Assembly (NCBI GenBank): GCA_963786935.1 | Contig: CAWBAN010000003.1 | Coordinates: 1-64,000 of the forward strand | Reading direction: 5' to 3' | DNA length: 64,000 bases | Source of the DNA: an uncultured bacterium | GTDB lineage: Bacteria > Krumholzibacteriota > Krumholzibacteriia > Krumholzibacteriales > Krumholzibacteriaceae | Shown here: positions 1-10,584 of the stretch, piece by piece | How positions within the stretch are numbered: the stretch's first letter is position 1 | How the letters are laid out: every line of letters starts with the position of its first letter | The notes under the pieces: generated by a model | Databases searched by the model: none | Seen by the model: only the letters and a program-made list of their open reading frames with translations | What the model was told of the DNA's origin: nothing | Program-made: the position numbers and the translations under genes

Positions 1-3000
1 GAGATGGTCGCCCCGGAAGGTGTGCGCGATCCTGCGCTTCGACGGAAAATTATGGGACGGGCTGCGGCAGGATCCTCCGAAGGCGCCCGCAGGTCCCATG
101 GGAGGGAGCGATCCGCCGTGCCGTGGCCGCCAACCGCGGCGAGCGTTTCGCCTCCGCCGCCGAGATGGCGAGGGCTCTTGGTGACGGCGGTCAGCGCTTC
201 GTGGGCTTGAAGAACTAAGCCCCTATCCCGGGCTCTCAGTTCACCGGGGATCAGGCGAAGTTCTTCTTCGGCCGCGAGCTCGATGTCAAATCGATGTGGC
301 GGAGCATGAACAGATTTTCGCTCGCCGCGTTGATCGGTCCATCCGGAGTGGGGAAGAGCTCGTTCCTGAGGGCGGGCGTGATGGCCGCAAGGCCGGAAGG
401 CTGGAGCGTCGTGATGTGCACGCCGGGCAACGCTCCGTTCACGTCGCTCGCTGAAGCTTGCTGCCCGAGTTCATGGGCCAAACGGATGTCATGCAGGAGC
501 TCGTCGGCCTGCAGGATGTCGAGAGAAGCCTCCCGCTCCTCAGCAGATGGCGACAGAAGAAACCGACAGGCGCTTCTCATCGTCGATCAGTTCGAGGAGC
601 TCTTCACCCTCAATCCCCCTGAGGTGCAGAGCAGATTCGCGGAGGCTTCTCGGGCGCCTCCTCGGTGGAGGCGGACATTCATGTGCTCGTCTTCGATGCG
701 GGACGATTTCTTCTTCCTGTTGTCATTCAATACCCTGCCCTTCGCCCGCTATTCAAGGCCGCAGTGCCCCTCGGTCCCCTTTCGGCGCAGGGGATCTCCG
801 CCGAGCGATCGTGGAGCCGGCACGTCTCTGCGGCTTTTGCGTTCGAGGACGATGCTCTCGTCGATGAGATGATGGCGGAGGTCGAAGGAGAGCGCGGCGC
901 CCTGCCGCTCGTGGCCTTTGCAGCGGCCCGGCTCTGGGAGCTTCGCGATCGCGAGCACGGAATCATCGCCCGGCGCTCCTACGAGGAGATAGGCAAGGTC
1001 GGCGGCGCCTTGGCCCAGCATGCGGAGGCGACTCTCGAGCGGATCGGTCACGACCAAGAAGGGAATTGTCCGTGAGATCTTCCGCAACCTCGTGACAGCC
1101 CAGCACACGAGGGTCGTCCGCGAGCGAGATGAGCTGCTCAGCGTCTTCGAGGACCGAGCCGCCGCCGAAGATGTTCTCAAGAGCCTGATCGACGCCCGGC
1201 TTCTCACGTCCTTCGAAATCGCGGAGTCCCGTGAAGGTTCCGGGGAACGCCACCGCATCGAGGTCGTTCACGAATCGCTCCTCACGAGCTGGCCGCGCCT
1301 AGTCCGCTGGCAGACGCAGGACACGGAAGGAGCGCAGCTGCGCGATCAGATCCGGCAGGCGGCGCAGCTCTGGAAAGAGAAGAGCGAGTCCAACGATCTC
1401 CTTTGGACGGGCACGGCATACAAGGAGTTCGAGCTATGGCGGGATCGGTATCCCGGGGGCTTGACCGAGACGGAGGAAGCGTTTTCGAAAGCGATGGTGG
1501 CCCGGGCGGGGCAGCAGCGCCGCCACCGCAGGCTTGCGCTCGGCGCCGCATTCGCTCTCTTGATTGGCATCGTCGCCGTCGTCGGTTGGTCCTGGCGCGG
1601 CGAGCGACTCGCGCGGCTGAATGCCGAGGCCAGCAAGCTCGTAACACTTGGGCGCAACGAGATGGTCGAGAACCCGAGCGCGGCGCTTGCGTACGCGATA
1701 GCTTCACTCGAGCGGACCGATAACCCCGGAAATCGCCGCTACGCCCTCGAAACGCTCTATCGAGGTCCCATGGCGCTGGTGATGCCGGTAACCGATGGAC
1801 TAGGCGTAACGAACATGCACTTCAGCCCTGATGGGAAAAAGCTCGTCGTCGGGGGAGCCAGCGGAGTGAGGGTCTTTTCGACCGATGGATCACCTCCGGT
1901 GATTCTGGAAAATTTCTTTCCTGACAGGCCTGTGCCTCGGGAGCCGCAATTTGCCCCGGACGGCGATCACGTCATCTTCAGATCGGGCAGGGACAGGAAC
2001 CTCGTTCATGTGTGGTCCCTGTCACAGGGAAAGGCCGTTCGAACGTTCAGGATCGAAGGATATACAGTCCCCAAGGTGATGGGAGGAAAGCTCATCCTCC
2101 TCACGTTCGTCCGCGGCGAGCCGATAGCGGAGATGAGGGCCTGGGCGTTCGATGAGAGCGAACCGAAGCTCCTCAGCCGCTGGAACATCGAGGGAATAGC
2201 CCACGGCAGCCTCAATATGGACGTCGATAAGGACGGTGCGCGAGTAGTCTATCCGAAGAGGCGCGGAGTCTACGTATGCCCCATCGAAGGGCTCGATTCC
2301 GGTCGCGAGCGACTCATCGGGGAACATGAGTTCGAGGCGGAGGCGGTCGCATTCGATCCGACCGGGAAGCGTGTCGCTTCTGCGGATACGGCGGGCGAAA
2401 TCCGCATTTGGTCTCTCTCGGACGATTCAAAGACTCCGACTCGGGTGCTCCATGGTGAGAAACCGATCGATCGTCTTATGTTCGATCCATCGGGGACGAT
2501 GCTTGCGGCGGTCTGCACACCCAAGAAGAACCTTGCCGTCTGGGAATTGAGCGCTGCCTTCGATGCGGCGCCGGTAATGTACCATTCAAATCAGGGAAAT
2601 GAATCTCTCTGGGATGTTACGTTCGATCCGAGCGGGCAATGGATCGTTATGGGTTATCCGGAGAACATCATATTCATGCCCCTTGTTCGTCCAAATCCCT
2701 ATGTGCTGCAGGGATGGCAGGGCGTCTTCGCTCCCGATGGAACTTCATTCGTTACAGTGGTTGAGACGCCCAGTAATACCATTCGGCGCTTGGATCTCAG
2801 CACTGGGACGATGCGAGATCTCTGGAAGGTAAGCGGGGGTGGCATCTCGCAATTGGCTCTGGACCCGGATAGCCGGTTCGTAGTCGCTGCGACGAACTAT
2901 GACGGCGCGACGCTCATTTCGTTGAAGAATGGAAAGGCAAGGCAGCTGCCCGACGATCCCCCCAATGGCGCCATAGCGACGGTCGCGGTCAGCCTCGATG

Positions 3001-3749
3001 GACGGTTCGCGGCGGGGAGCAGGTTTGGCGGGACCGAGAAAGACATGATTCGTGTCTGGGATTTGCAGACCAACAGCATTCGAGTGCTGAATAACTCGAA
3101 GCTCAAGATGGGCTTCTATGCCCTCAAGTTTTCGGAGGATGGAAGCCTCTTTACCTGCGACTCCCAAGGAAGCGTGCAGCGCTGGAATATCCACGACGGG
3201 AGCTCGACGCTCGTTGGCCGCAGCAAGCTCCCGGGCGCAAGCGGCCTTGCTGTATCCCGGGATGCCCGAGTTCTCTATGCCAATTTTGTCTCGAATTATC
3301 AGTGGGGGGCGGCGACTACCGGCGAGGTTATGGAATTCGATATGCAGAACCATACATCCCGCACGTTGAAGAGCCATGGCAACAAGATCGGAGATGTCGC
3401 CCTCGATCAGACAGAGAAGCTTCTCATCACTGCGGGCCTCGATGGCGCGGTCCGCGTGGGACCGGTCACGGGAGAGGAACCCCACATGCTCTTGGCACCT
3501 GGTGGAAGCAACGCAATATCGATATCGCCCGATGGGAAATGGATTGTCGCTTACGCCGCTGGTGCTCCGATCTTACGGATCTGGCGCATGCCCGAAGGAC
3601 GGCCGATCCAAACGCTTTCACACGAGGAGTTCTTGAACCGGTTGCGGGCGCTCACCAACGTTCGGGTCGTTGCGGACAAGGCCTCGCAAACAGGCTACCG
3701 TCTTGACAAGGCGCCTTTCCCCGGCTGGGAAAAGGCTCCGACCTGGTAG
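1..3749 (+). CDS. Ser/Thr kinase (C-lobe end only) - nSTAND1-type NTPase - TM - WD40/beta-propeller protein; 5' truncated by the window and frameshifted several times in 1-1075
   Basis: Pieces read across frames: ERFASAAEMARAL (kinase C-lobe end, ~141-179), SPYPGL..FFFGRE, Walker A GPSGVGKSS, Walker B LLIVDQFEELFTL, GALPLVAFAAARLW, VHESLLTSWPRL. ORF 1020-3749 then gives a TM helix (LALGAAFALLIGIVAVVGW) and repeated FSPDG/FDPSG/IRIW WD40-like units. Confidence 0.8.
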
Positions 3750-3765
3750 CGCGTCGAAAGCGACT

Positions 3766-6660
3766 ATGATCGGACGAACGATATCGCACTATAAGATCCT
3801 CTCGAAGCTCGGCGAAGGCGGCATGGGCGTGGTCTACATGGCCGAGGATCTCACGCTCGGCCGAACCGTGGCGCTCAAGTTTCTCCCGCCTGATTCCGTC
3901 GCTCGAGAGGAAGACCGTGCCCGGCTCGTGAACGAGGCCCGTGCCGCCGCGGTGCTTCTCCACCCGAACATCTGCCCAATCCATGAGATCTCCGAGGCCG
4001 ACGGGCGAATATTCATCGCCATGGCGTGCATCGAGGGGCGAAGTCTCAAGGATCGAATCGCGGAAGGGCCGCTCCCACTCGAAGAGGCGCTCTCAATCGC
4101 CCGACAGATCGGGGACGGCCTGGCTGCTGCCCACGCAAAGGGCATCATCCACCGTGACATCAAGCCGGCGAACATAATGCTGACCGCCGAGGGCCGGCCT
4201 ATGCTGATGGACTTCGGGCTCGCGAAGGTATCTGGGGCTACGAAGCTGACGCGGACGGGGACGACGATGGGGACGGTGGCGTACATGTCGCCGGAGCAGG
4301 TGCAGGGGAAGGAGGCGGATCACCGGAGCGACATCTGGGCGCTCGGGGTGGTGCTGTACGAGATGGTGTCGGGGAGTGCGCCGTTCGGGGGAGATTACGA
4401 GGCGGCGATGCTTTACTCGATCCTGAACGAGGATCCGCCGCCCTCGTCGAGAGAGGGCAAGGATGTGCCCGCGGGTCTCGACGGGATCGTAGCGAAGGCG
4501 CTGGCGAAGGATCCGGCCCGAAGATACCAGAAAGCGGAAGAGCTTGCGGCGGATCTCGCTGCCGTTGAGCGTGACGGTCAGGCGCTTCCGGCAGGCAAGG
4601 CCGTGCCCGCGAAAGGGCTCAGGCGCCACTGGCGGAGGTGGCGCCCGTGGCAGCGTGCGGCGGCGGTGGCTTCGCTCGTCGCATTTGCCGCAATCGGAGC
4701 GCTTCTCCTCCTGCGTTATTGGCCTTCCGCTCCGGATGCGACGAAGTACTCGCTTGCCGTAATGGATTTCAGCGATCTGGCCGCCGCCGGCGATCCGACT
4801 GTTTCCGCGGGGCTGACGGAGCTCGTGAATAGCGGTATCACCGAGGCGATTTCAGCCAACGTTCAAATCGTGAGCCCGGAACATCTTCACGACCTGCGCC
4901 GTCGTCTCTTCGGGGCCCCGCGGGGGCCGCTCGACGACAGTCAGAGGCTTGAGATTGCGCGGAAGCTGGAAGCGACGATCTATCTTGTGGCTACCATCGC
5001 GGGGGATGCCGGCAACCAGTCCGTGACGTGGCGATTGGTGGAAACGCGGAAGGCGGGCAATCTGGGCGCCGGCCGAGCAACGGGCGGAGCACTCGATCAG
5101 CTCGCCGACCAGATCATCGCCGGAGTGCTGCCTCATATCACTCGTTTTTACGGCATTGAGCCCGTGCAGGCGGCAGGCAGCATCGCGAGCATTACGAGCG
5201 ATAATCCACGTGCCTACCAGCACTATATGGTAGGGCTGCTGGCGAGCGAGGAAGGTCATCTCGATGACGCGATCGCCGAGTTCGAGAGGGCGGTGGTGCT
5301 CGACTCGACATTTGCGTTAGCGTATCTCGAGCTGGGGCGGCATTACCTGACGTATTTTGGCGGACAGAAAGCGATGATGAGCTTCGGCAAGGCCTGGAGC
5401 CTGAAATCCCGTCTCGGGATCAAGGATCAGATGCGGCTCGAGGCCGAGCGCGAGAACTACGGCGGCCAGATCGGCAAGTCGATAGCGATCCTCAAGGAAA
5501 TGCGAAAGCGCTGGCCGGACGATCGGCAGGTCCTGATCGATTTGAGAGATCGAGTGGGATCTCGCTGGTACGACGTTGAAGCCATTGAAATCAGCGAAGA
5601 CGGGCTGCGCTATTATCCCGACGATCCCGAGATCGGTAATGGCTATGCCCGATTGCTCGTGAACGTCGGTCGAACCGATGATGCATTGCGCGCGGCCCGG
5701 TCGTCCGTAGGGCGTCATCCCGATGATCCCCTGAGCTGGGAGAATCTTGGATATATTTGCCTGGCTGTGGGGTTGCCGGACAGCGCCGAGTCGGCATTTC
5801 ACAAGGCCGTGGAGCTGGACCCCCGGCTCAACCCGAGACCTCCCTACTCGGTTCTCCTGGCGTTTTATCGGGGCGACCTCCAAGGAGCGACAGCGAATCT
5901 CGAGAAGGTCCTCGCGGACGAGAATCTCCCCGCGTATCAGAGGAGATATCTCATCATGTACAGCCATGGATCTCCCTGTCTGGCGTCGCTCTACGTTGAG
6001 GCCGGCCGCTATGCGAAAATGCGCGAAACGTCGATTGAATACTTCGCCGCGAATGAAATGAGCGGATGGACGCAGACTCGCCTCCTTGTCGAAATGGGAC
6101 GATGGCGGGAGATCGTGGACGCCCACGAACAGTACGAGCGATTGGCCAAAGCCGATTCAACGCTGGGGCCGTTTTATCCCCGCGATCTCGGCAAGGCACT
6201 CGCGGAGCTCGGCGACGTCAAAGGTGCTCGGGAGATCGCGGCCGAGCTCCGCAAGATCGAATTCGACGCGGGAGCGATGGTCGTCTACGATGCCAACGAG
6301 ATCGAGGCGCGGGCCGCCCTCGCCGAGCGCGATCCGAAGGCCGCGCTCAGGTATCTGGCCGAAATGCAGAAGAGCGGCGTTCCGCATGGCGGATATATCG
6401 ACATCGACTACCGGACGACTCTGGCCCGCGCATACCGGATGGCCGGGCAGATCGACAAGGCCGCCGAGGTGCACAGGCAGATGCTCAAGGTGTATGGCGG
6501 CCACGCGCTCTCGCACTACGAGCTCGGGCGGATCTACGAAGAGATGAAGCGCCCGGCCGAGGCGAAAAAGGAATACGCGAAATTCCTCGAGATGTGGTCG
6601 GAGGCGGATGAGGATCTGCCGCCTCTCTTCGACGCGCGGAAACGCCTCGCCGCTCTATAG
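3766..6660 (+). CDS. Hanks-type Ser/Thr protein kinase with TM helix, TolB-N-like domain and TPR repeats
   Basis: LGEGGMGVVY, VALKFL, HRDIKPANI, DFGLA, YMSPEQ and DIWALG are intact; a TM helix is followed by SLAVMDF and TPR-like helices. ATG at 3766 (MIGRTISHYKI) is preferred over the ORF-track start. Confidence 0.92.
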   Translation: MIGRTISHYKILSKLGEGGMGVVYMAEDLTLGRTVALKFLPPDSVAREEDRARLVNEARAAAVLLHPNICPIHEISEADGRIFIAMACIEGRSLKDRIAEGPLPLEEALSIARQIGDGLAAAHAKGIIHRDIKPANIMLTAEGRPMLMDFGLAKVSGATKLTRTGTTMGTVAYMSPEQVQGKEADHRSDIWALGVVLYEMVSGSAPFGGDYEAAMLYSILNEDPPPSSREGKDVPAGLDGIVAKALAKDPARRYQKAEELAADLAAVERDGQALPAGKAVPAKGLRRHWRRWRPWQRAAAVASLVAFAAIGALLLLRYWPSAPDATKYSLAVMDFSDLAAAGDPTVSAGLTELVNSGITEAISANVQIVSPEHLHDLRRRLFGAPRGPLDDSQRLEIARKLEATIYLVATIAGDAGNQSVTWRLVETRKAGNLGAGRATGGALDQLADQIIAGVLPHITRFYGIEPVQAAGSIASITSDNPRAYQHYMVGLLASEEGHLDDAIAEFERAVVLDSTFALAYLELGRHYLTYFGGQKAMMSFGKAWSLKSRLGIKDQMRLEAERENYGGQIGKSIAILKEMRKRWPDDRQVLIDLRDRVGSRWYDVEAIEISEDGLRYYPDDPEIGNGYARLLVNVGRTDDALRAARSSVGRHPDDPLSWENLGYICLAVGLPDSAESAFHKAVELDPRLNPRPPYSVLLAFYRGDLQGATANLEKVLADENLPAYQRRYLIMYSHGSPCLASLYVEAGRYAKMRETSIEYFAANEMSGWTQTRLLVEMGRWREIVDAHEQYERLAKADSTLGPFYPRDLGKALAELGDVKGAREIAAELRKIEFDAGAMVVYDANEIEARAALAERDPKAALRYLAEMQKSGVPHGGYIDIDYRTTLARAYRMAGQIDKAAEVHRQMLKVYGGHALSHYELGRIYEEMKRPAEAKKEYAKFLEMWSEADEDLPPLFDARKRLAAL

Positions 6661-6674
6661 ATCTCCGAAGAACC

Positions 6675-7706
6675 CTACTCTATTTTTCCCAGCGGCATGA
6701 TGTAGAGCGGCTCCTCGGGCCGGGTCATGCCGCACGCCTTCTTCAGCCACAGGTCCGTGAACGCGCCGACGGCGACCGTGCCGATCTTGAGAGCGTACGC
6801 CTGCAAGTACACGTTCTCCGCCGAGTGTCCGAGATCCATGCAGACGTACCGGTCGCGCCCGCGCTGGCCGTATTTCACCATCGAGCGCTCGTACACCGCC
6901 GAATAGACGATCGCCGCCGCCGCCGTCTTGAACATGCCCTGATTGAAGGCGGCCTCGCTCACTTCCTTCCGCCGGTCCCCCTCGACGGTTCGCATGAGCT
7001 GGTGCTTCTCCGAATCGTACCAGTAGATGCCCGCGGGGAGCCCCGTCACGTTGAACGCGACGAGGTAGAGATCGAGCGGATAACGCGCCCCCGCCGACGG
7101 CGCGGTGCGGAGACCCCCGCGAAGGAAGGCAGGCATGTTCTCGCCGGTCTTCGTGATCCCGTAGGCCGCCCAGAGGAGCTGAGAAACATCGGCGAGGGTC
7201 AGGGGCTTGTCGACGTACTGGCGTATCGATCGCCGGTTCTTCAGGGCCGCCTCGACCGACACGGTTCCCTCGAAGCGCGGCGCCGGAAGCTCGATCACGG
7301 GCCCGGCGGGACGGGTTTCAGGAAAGGTCTTCTCGATCGCTTCGAGCTTCTGCGCGACGGAGGCGACGACCGTCTGCCACCGTGCGTCGGTCCGGAGGCT
7401 CTCGAGATCCGGGTCCTGATTCAACTGATCCCTTTCGAGAAAGCCCGCGTCGACGGCCTTGGTGAGATACGAGAAGGCCGCGTCCGTCTTGCCGAGGAGG
7501 GCGCTCGCGCAGGCCGCGTTGTAGAAATCGTCGTAGCTGAATTCCCCCGTCGCGAACGCCTTCTCGTAGAGGGCGATCGCTTCCTCCCACTGCTTGGCCA
7601 TGATCTTCGCTTCCGCTTGACGCACGAGCGCGTCATACCCCTGTGCCCCAGAAGCGGCGGCGAATCCGAGAATGACGAGAGCGAGAATCAACGCGCGCAT
7701 TTTCAT
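6675..7706 (-). CDS. SagB/ThcOx-type nitroreductase-family protein with N-terminal signal peptide and TPR-like domain
   Basis: Signal peptide MKMRALILALVILGFAAASGA; TPR-like YNAACASALLG..AFSYL..A..DPDLESLR; nitroreductase motifs RRSIRQY, LSxLLWAAYG-like, RTAPSAGARYP, GHSAENVYL, VGAF. Confidence 0.85.
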   Translation of the reverse strand: MKMRALILALVILGFAAASGAQGYDALVRQAEAKIMAKQWEEAIALYEKAFATGEFSYDDFYNAACASALLGKTDAAFSYLTKAVDAGFLERDQLNQDPDLESLRTDARWQTVVASVAQKLEAIEKTFPETRPAGPVIELPAPRFEGTVSVEAALKNRRSIRQYVDKPLTLADVSQLLWAAYGITKTGENMPAFLRGGLRTAPSAGARYPLDLYLVAFNVTGLPAGIYWYDSEKHQLMRTVEGDRRKEVSEAAFNQGMFKTAAAAIVYSAVYERSMVKYGQRGRDRYVCMDLGHSAENVYLQAYALKIGTVAVGAFTDLWLKKACGMTRPEEPLYIMPLGKIE

Positions 7707-7797
7707 CGCGGCACCTCCCGATTGCTGGTGTTTGAAGATCGGATTCTACGCCCGGCGCACGACGGGTTCAAGCGCATTCCCCGGGGGTCGTGCCGCG

Positions 7798-9063
7798 TTA
7801 CGGGGCGACGCCGTCGCCCGCGGCTTCGGCGGCAATCGGGTTGGCCGCATGCCCCCGAAAGCCGCACGGCAGATTCACGTTCGATGTGGCGAACTTGAAT
7901 TCATCCGTCCAAAGTACGCACTTCAGGCGCAATCGACGTCGAAGGGGCCAGTATCCGGAACGCTGATTGGAAATGCTCTGGGACATGATCTGAACGTCGC
8001 GGCCGACGCGCAGGACCTCGATCGCGTTTACGCCCGGATCGGGGATATAGCCGCGGTAGATCCAATTGATGCTCCCCGAAGAATCCGCGGTCAGGGTCGA
8101 TGACGTCGCGTATTGCACAATGGTTCTCGGTCGAATCACGGAGACGCTATCCTCCGGATCCTGCCAGTCGGTGAAGAGAAGATAGTGAACGCCGTTGTGC
8201 GACATGACGAAGGGATTCTCCGCCTGGCCGCCGGTCGTTTGCCCGCCGACGCCCGTCTCCAATCGGCGAGTGGCGTCGATGAATCCCGCGCCGATCCAAT
8301 CCCTGAGATTCGTCGAGTAGGCGACCGTGACGACGCCGTATTGATTGAGACTCTTCGCGGTGGCGAACATGACCCAGCGCCGATTGATCGAATCCCGGAT
8401 CACGAATGGATCCCTGCACTGCTGGTTGTACGAGCCGGGTGATCCGCCCCAGGTAGTCCAGCATTCGTCGCACTCGTAGACGCATCCGTTTCCCGACGTT
8501 CCGGGGCAATTGTTGCCCGGGCTGCGCGTCCAGTTCATGAGATCGGTCGATGTCGCGAGGCCGGTTCGCTGTCTGGTCGCGGGATTGCCCGCGGGGCCGT
8601 CGGTCCCCGTATAGAATAGAAAATAGGTTTCCCCGCTCTTGATAACGTGCGGCGCCCAGAGGCTATGCGAGTCCCAGCCGTTCGGATTCGGGCGAAGGGC
8701 GACGCCGGCATAGCGCAGCCCGCGGAGATCGACCGAGGTGTAATGCTCGATGTAGCTGCCCGAGCCGTGATCCTCGGTCTGGAAGAAGAGATGGTACACG
8801 CCGTCCGGGTCTCTGATCCAAGCGTGATCGGCGATATCGTCGTCCTCGTCGTTGATGGTCGGAAAGTCCTCGTCGTAGGGATTCCCGTCCCCGTCGTCGT
8901 CGTCGAACTTCGATTGCAGGAAGGTCGGGTCGGCGGCGCCGTCGCAGCAGACGGATTCGCTCGAACCGGAAGAAGACTGCTCGCAGCCGGCGGCGAAGAA
9001 CAATGAAAGGGTCGCCGCGGCCGCGGCCGAGAAAGCGCCGATGGGGGCCATGCCGGAATACAT
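7798..9063 (-). CDS. Lipoprotein, five-bladed beta-propeller glycoside hydrolase (GH43/GH32/GH68-like clan)
   Basis: Lipobox FAAGC; motifs DHAW..YHLFF, WAPHV, LFYTG, RDPFV, ENPFV. The 5' part of the 846-aa track ORF is antisense to the rSAM gene, so the start is placed at ATG 9063. Confidence 0.7.
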   Translation of the reverse strand: MYSGMAPIGAFSAAAAATLSLFFAAGCEQSSSGSSESVCCDGAADPTFLQSKFDDDDGDGNPYDEDFPTINDEDDDIADHAWIRDPDGVYHLFFQTEDHGSGSYIEHYTSVDLRGLRYAGVALRPNPNGWDSHSLWAPHVIKSGETYFLFYTGTDGPAGNPATRQRTGLATSTDLMNWTRSPGNNCPGTSGNGCVYECDECWTTWGGSPGSYNQQCRDPFVIRDSINRRWVMFATAKSLNQYGVVTVAYSTNLRDWIGAGFIDATRRLETGVGGQTTGGQAENPFVMSHNGVHYLLFTDWQDPEDSVSVIRPRTIVQYATSSTLTADSSGSINWIYRGYIPDPGVNAIEVLRVGRDVQIMSQSISNQRSGYWPLRRRLRLKCVLWTDEFKFATSNVNLPCGFRGHAANPIAAEAAGDGVAP

Positions 9064-9070
9064 CGGAGCG

Positions 9071-9100
9071 ATTCTAGCATATCCAGGGCGAGCTGCGCAA
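9071..9100 (-). promoter_or_regulatory. sigma70-like promoter TTGCGC-N18-TAGAAT (extended -10), probably giving a leaderless mRNA for the 9063 gene
   Basis: The reverse strand reads ttgcgc...tgc TAGAAT cgctccg ATG; the start codon is 7 nt after the -10. Confidence 0.5.
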
Positions 9101-9104
9101 AAGG

Positions 9105-9132
9105 TTGAACGGCACGGGCGTTCTGCTATACT
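9105..9132 (+). promoter_or_regulatory. sigma70-like promoter TTGAAC-N16-TATACT (extended TG) for the radical SAM operon
   Basis: Direct match about 70 nt upstream of RBS aggag and GTG 9205. Confidence 0.55.
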
Positions 9133-9204
9133 GCGGCGGGAAAGGGATCTGAATCGCAATACGAAAAGAGTGCGTCGACAGCGCGGCATAGACAGGAGCT
9201 GACC

Positions 9205-10584
9205 GTGGAGAGAAAACCTCAGTTCAAGGACGACGGCGTGCAGCACGCCACGATAAACGGGCACCGGTTCCACCTTCGGCGGAAGGATCCGACGAAGGAT
9301 AATTTTCTCTGGATCGACGGGCGGCAGCCGCCGATCGTCCTCGATCGCACGGCCGCCGAGTTCGTCTCGCACCTCATCGACGCCATGTGGCTCCATCAGC
9401 AGGGGGACGGAGACGAATCGCAGTCGGTGATCGACTACGTCGTGGGCACAATGGCCGAGCAGCACTCGAAGGGATTTATCCCGTGGAGAAAGGTCACGCG
9501 GGAGAAGATCCTCGCCGACCTGAACCGGCTCTTCGGAACCCTGATGAGCGTCGCCGAGGGCGCCTGTCCGGCCGATGCGGGGCTCGGCGCGAAAGAGCTG
9601 CGGTACGGCGAATGGGCCGCGCCGGCGCGCATGGATCTCGCGATCACCTACCGGTGCAACCTGAAATGCCCGAAATGCTACGTCGGCGAAAAAAGCGTCG
9701 AGCGTGAATTGAGCACGGCGGAGTGGGTCGCGGTGTTCGGGAGGCTCTGGGCGGCCGGCGTTCCCCAGGTCGTGTTCACCGGCGGCGAGCCGACGCTGCG
9801 GGACGATCTCGTTGAGCTCGTGAGCCAGGCGGACGAGTTCGTCACGGGGCTCGTCACGAACGGCACGAAGCTGGCCGGGCTGGCGCGGCCTCTGCGGGAG
9901 GCGAGCCTCGACTACGTGCAGGTGACGATCGAATCGTACGATCCGAAGATACATGACGCGATCACCTGCACGGACGGATCCCACGCCATGACGCTCGCTG
10001 GAATCGCGAAGGCGTTGGATGCGGGGCTGCAGGTCGTCACGAACACGACGCTCACGAAGGCGAACGCCCCTTCGTTCATGAGGACGCTCGAATGGCTCCA
10101 TGGATTCGGCGTGAAGAACGCCGCGTGCAACACGCTGATCTGCAGCGGGCACGGCGTCGAGCACAAGAAGGAGATGGGGCTCGACGACGCCGGGCTCGCC
10201 GCGACGCTCGCCGGGGCCTGCGAGGCCGCTGAGAAGCTCGGGATGACGCTCCAGTGGTATTCTCCCACGTGCTACCATGACGGCGTGAATCCGCTCGATC
10301 TCGGCCTCGGCGTCAAGACGTGCTCGGCCGCCGCCCACAACATGACCGTTCAGCCGGACGGCACGGTGCTCCCGTGCCAGTCATGGCCGGAGTCGGTGGG
10401 GAATATCCTGAAGGACGATTGGGCCTCGATCTGGAAGCATCCGACGTGCGTGAAGCTGCGCGCGCACCTGTTCGCGCCCGGCGAGTGCAAGGCCTGCGAG
10501 TACGAGACGCTCTGCGGCGGCGGATGCCCGCTCGACACGTCCCCGCGGAAAAAGAGCGCGGGCGAAGGGAGGGGGGGCCGATGA
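9205..10584 (+). CDS. Radical SAM/SPASM-domain protein with probable PqqD/RRE-like N-terminal extension
   Basis: CNLKCPKC (CxxxCxxC), FTGGEPTL, TNG, QVTIES; SPASM-like CSAA..DGTVLPC..VGNI..W..CKAC....LCGGGCP; about 140-aa N-terminal extension containing IVLDRTAAEF followed by helices. Confidence 0.92.
   Translation: MERKPQFKDDGVQHATINGHRFHLRRKDPTKDNFLWIDGRQPPIVLDRTAAEFVSHLIDAMWLHQQGDGDESQSVIDYVVGTMAEQHSKGFIPWRKVTREKILADLNRLFGTLMSVAEGACPADAGLGAKELRYGEWAAPARMDLAITYRCNLKCPKCYVGEKSVERELSTAEWVAVFGRLWAAGVPQVVFTGGEPTLRDDLVELVSQADEFVTGLVTNGTKLAGLARPLREASLDYVQVTIESYDPKIHDAITCTDGSHAMTLAGIAKALDAGLQVVTNTTLTKANAPSFMRTLEWLHGFGVKNAACNTLICSGHGVEHKKEMGLDDAGLAATLAGACEAAEKLGMTLQWYSPTCYHDGVNPLDLGLGVKTCSAAAHNMTVQPDGTVLPCQSWPESVGNILKDDWASIWKHPTCVKLRAHLFAPGECKACEYETLCGGGCPLDTSPRKKSAGEGRGGR

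Noticed and set aside
9205..10584. Calling the rSAM pqqE, nirJ/ahb or an anaerobic sulfatase maturase
   Set aside because: No pqqA-D, heme-biosynthesis or formylglycine-sulfatase genes nearby; the ASST-like neighbour is not a formylglycine sulfatase.
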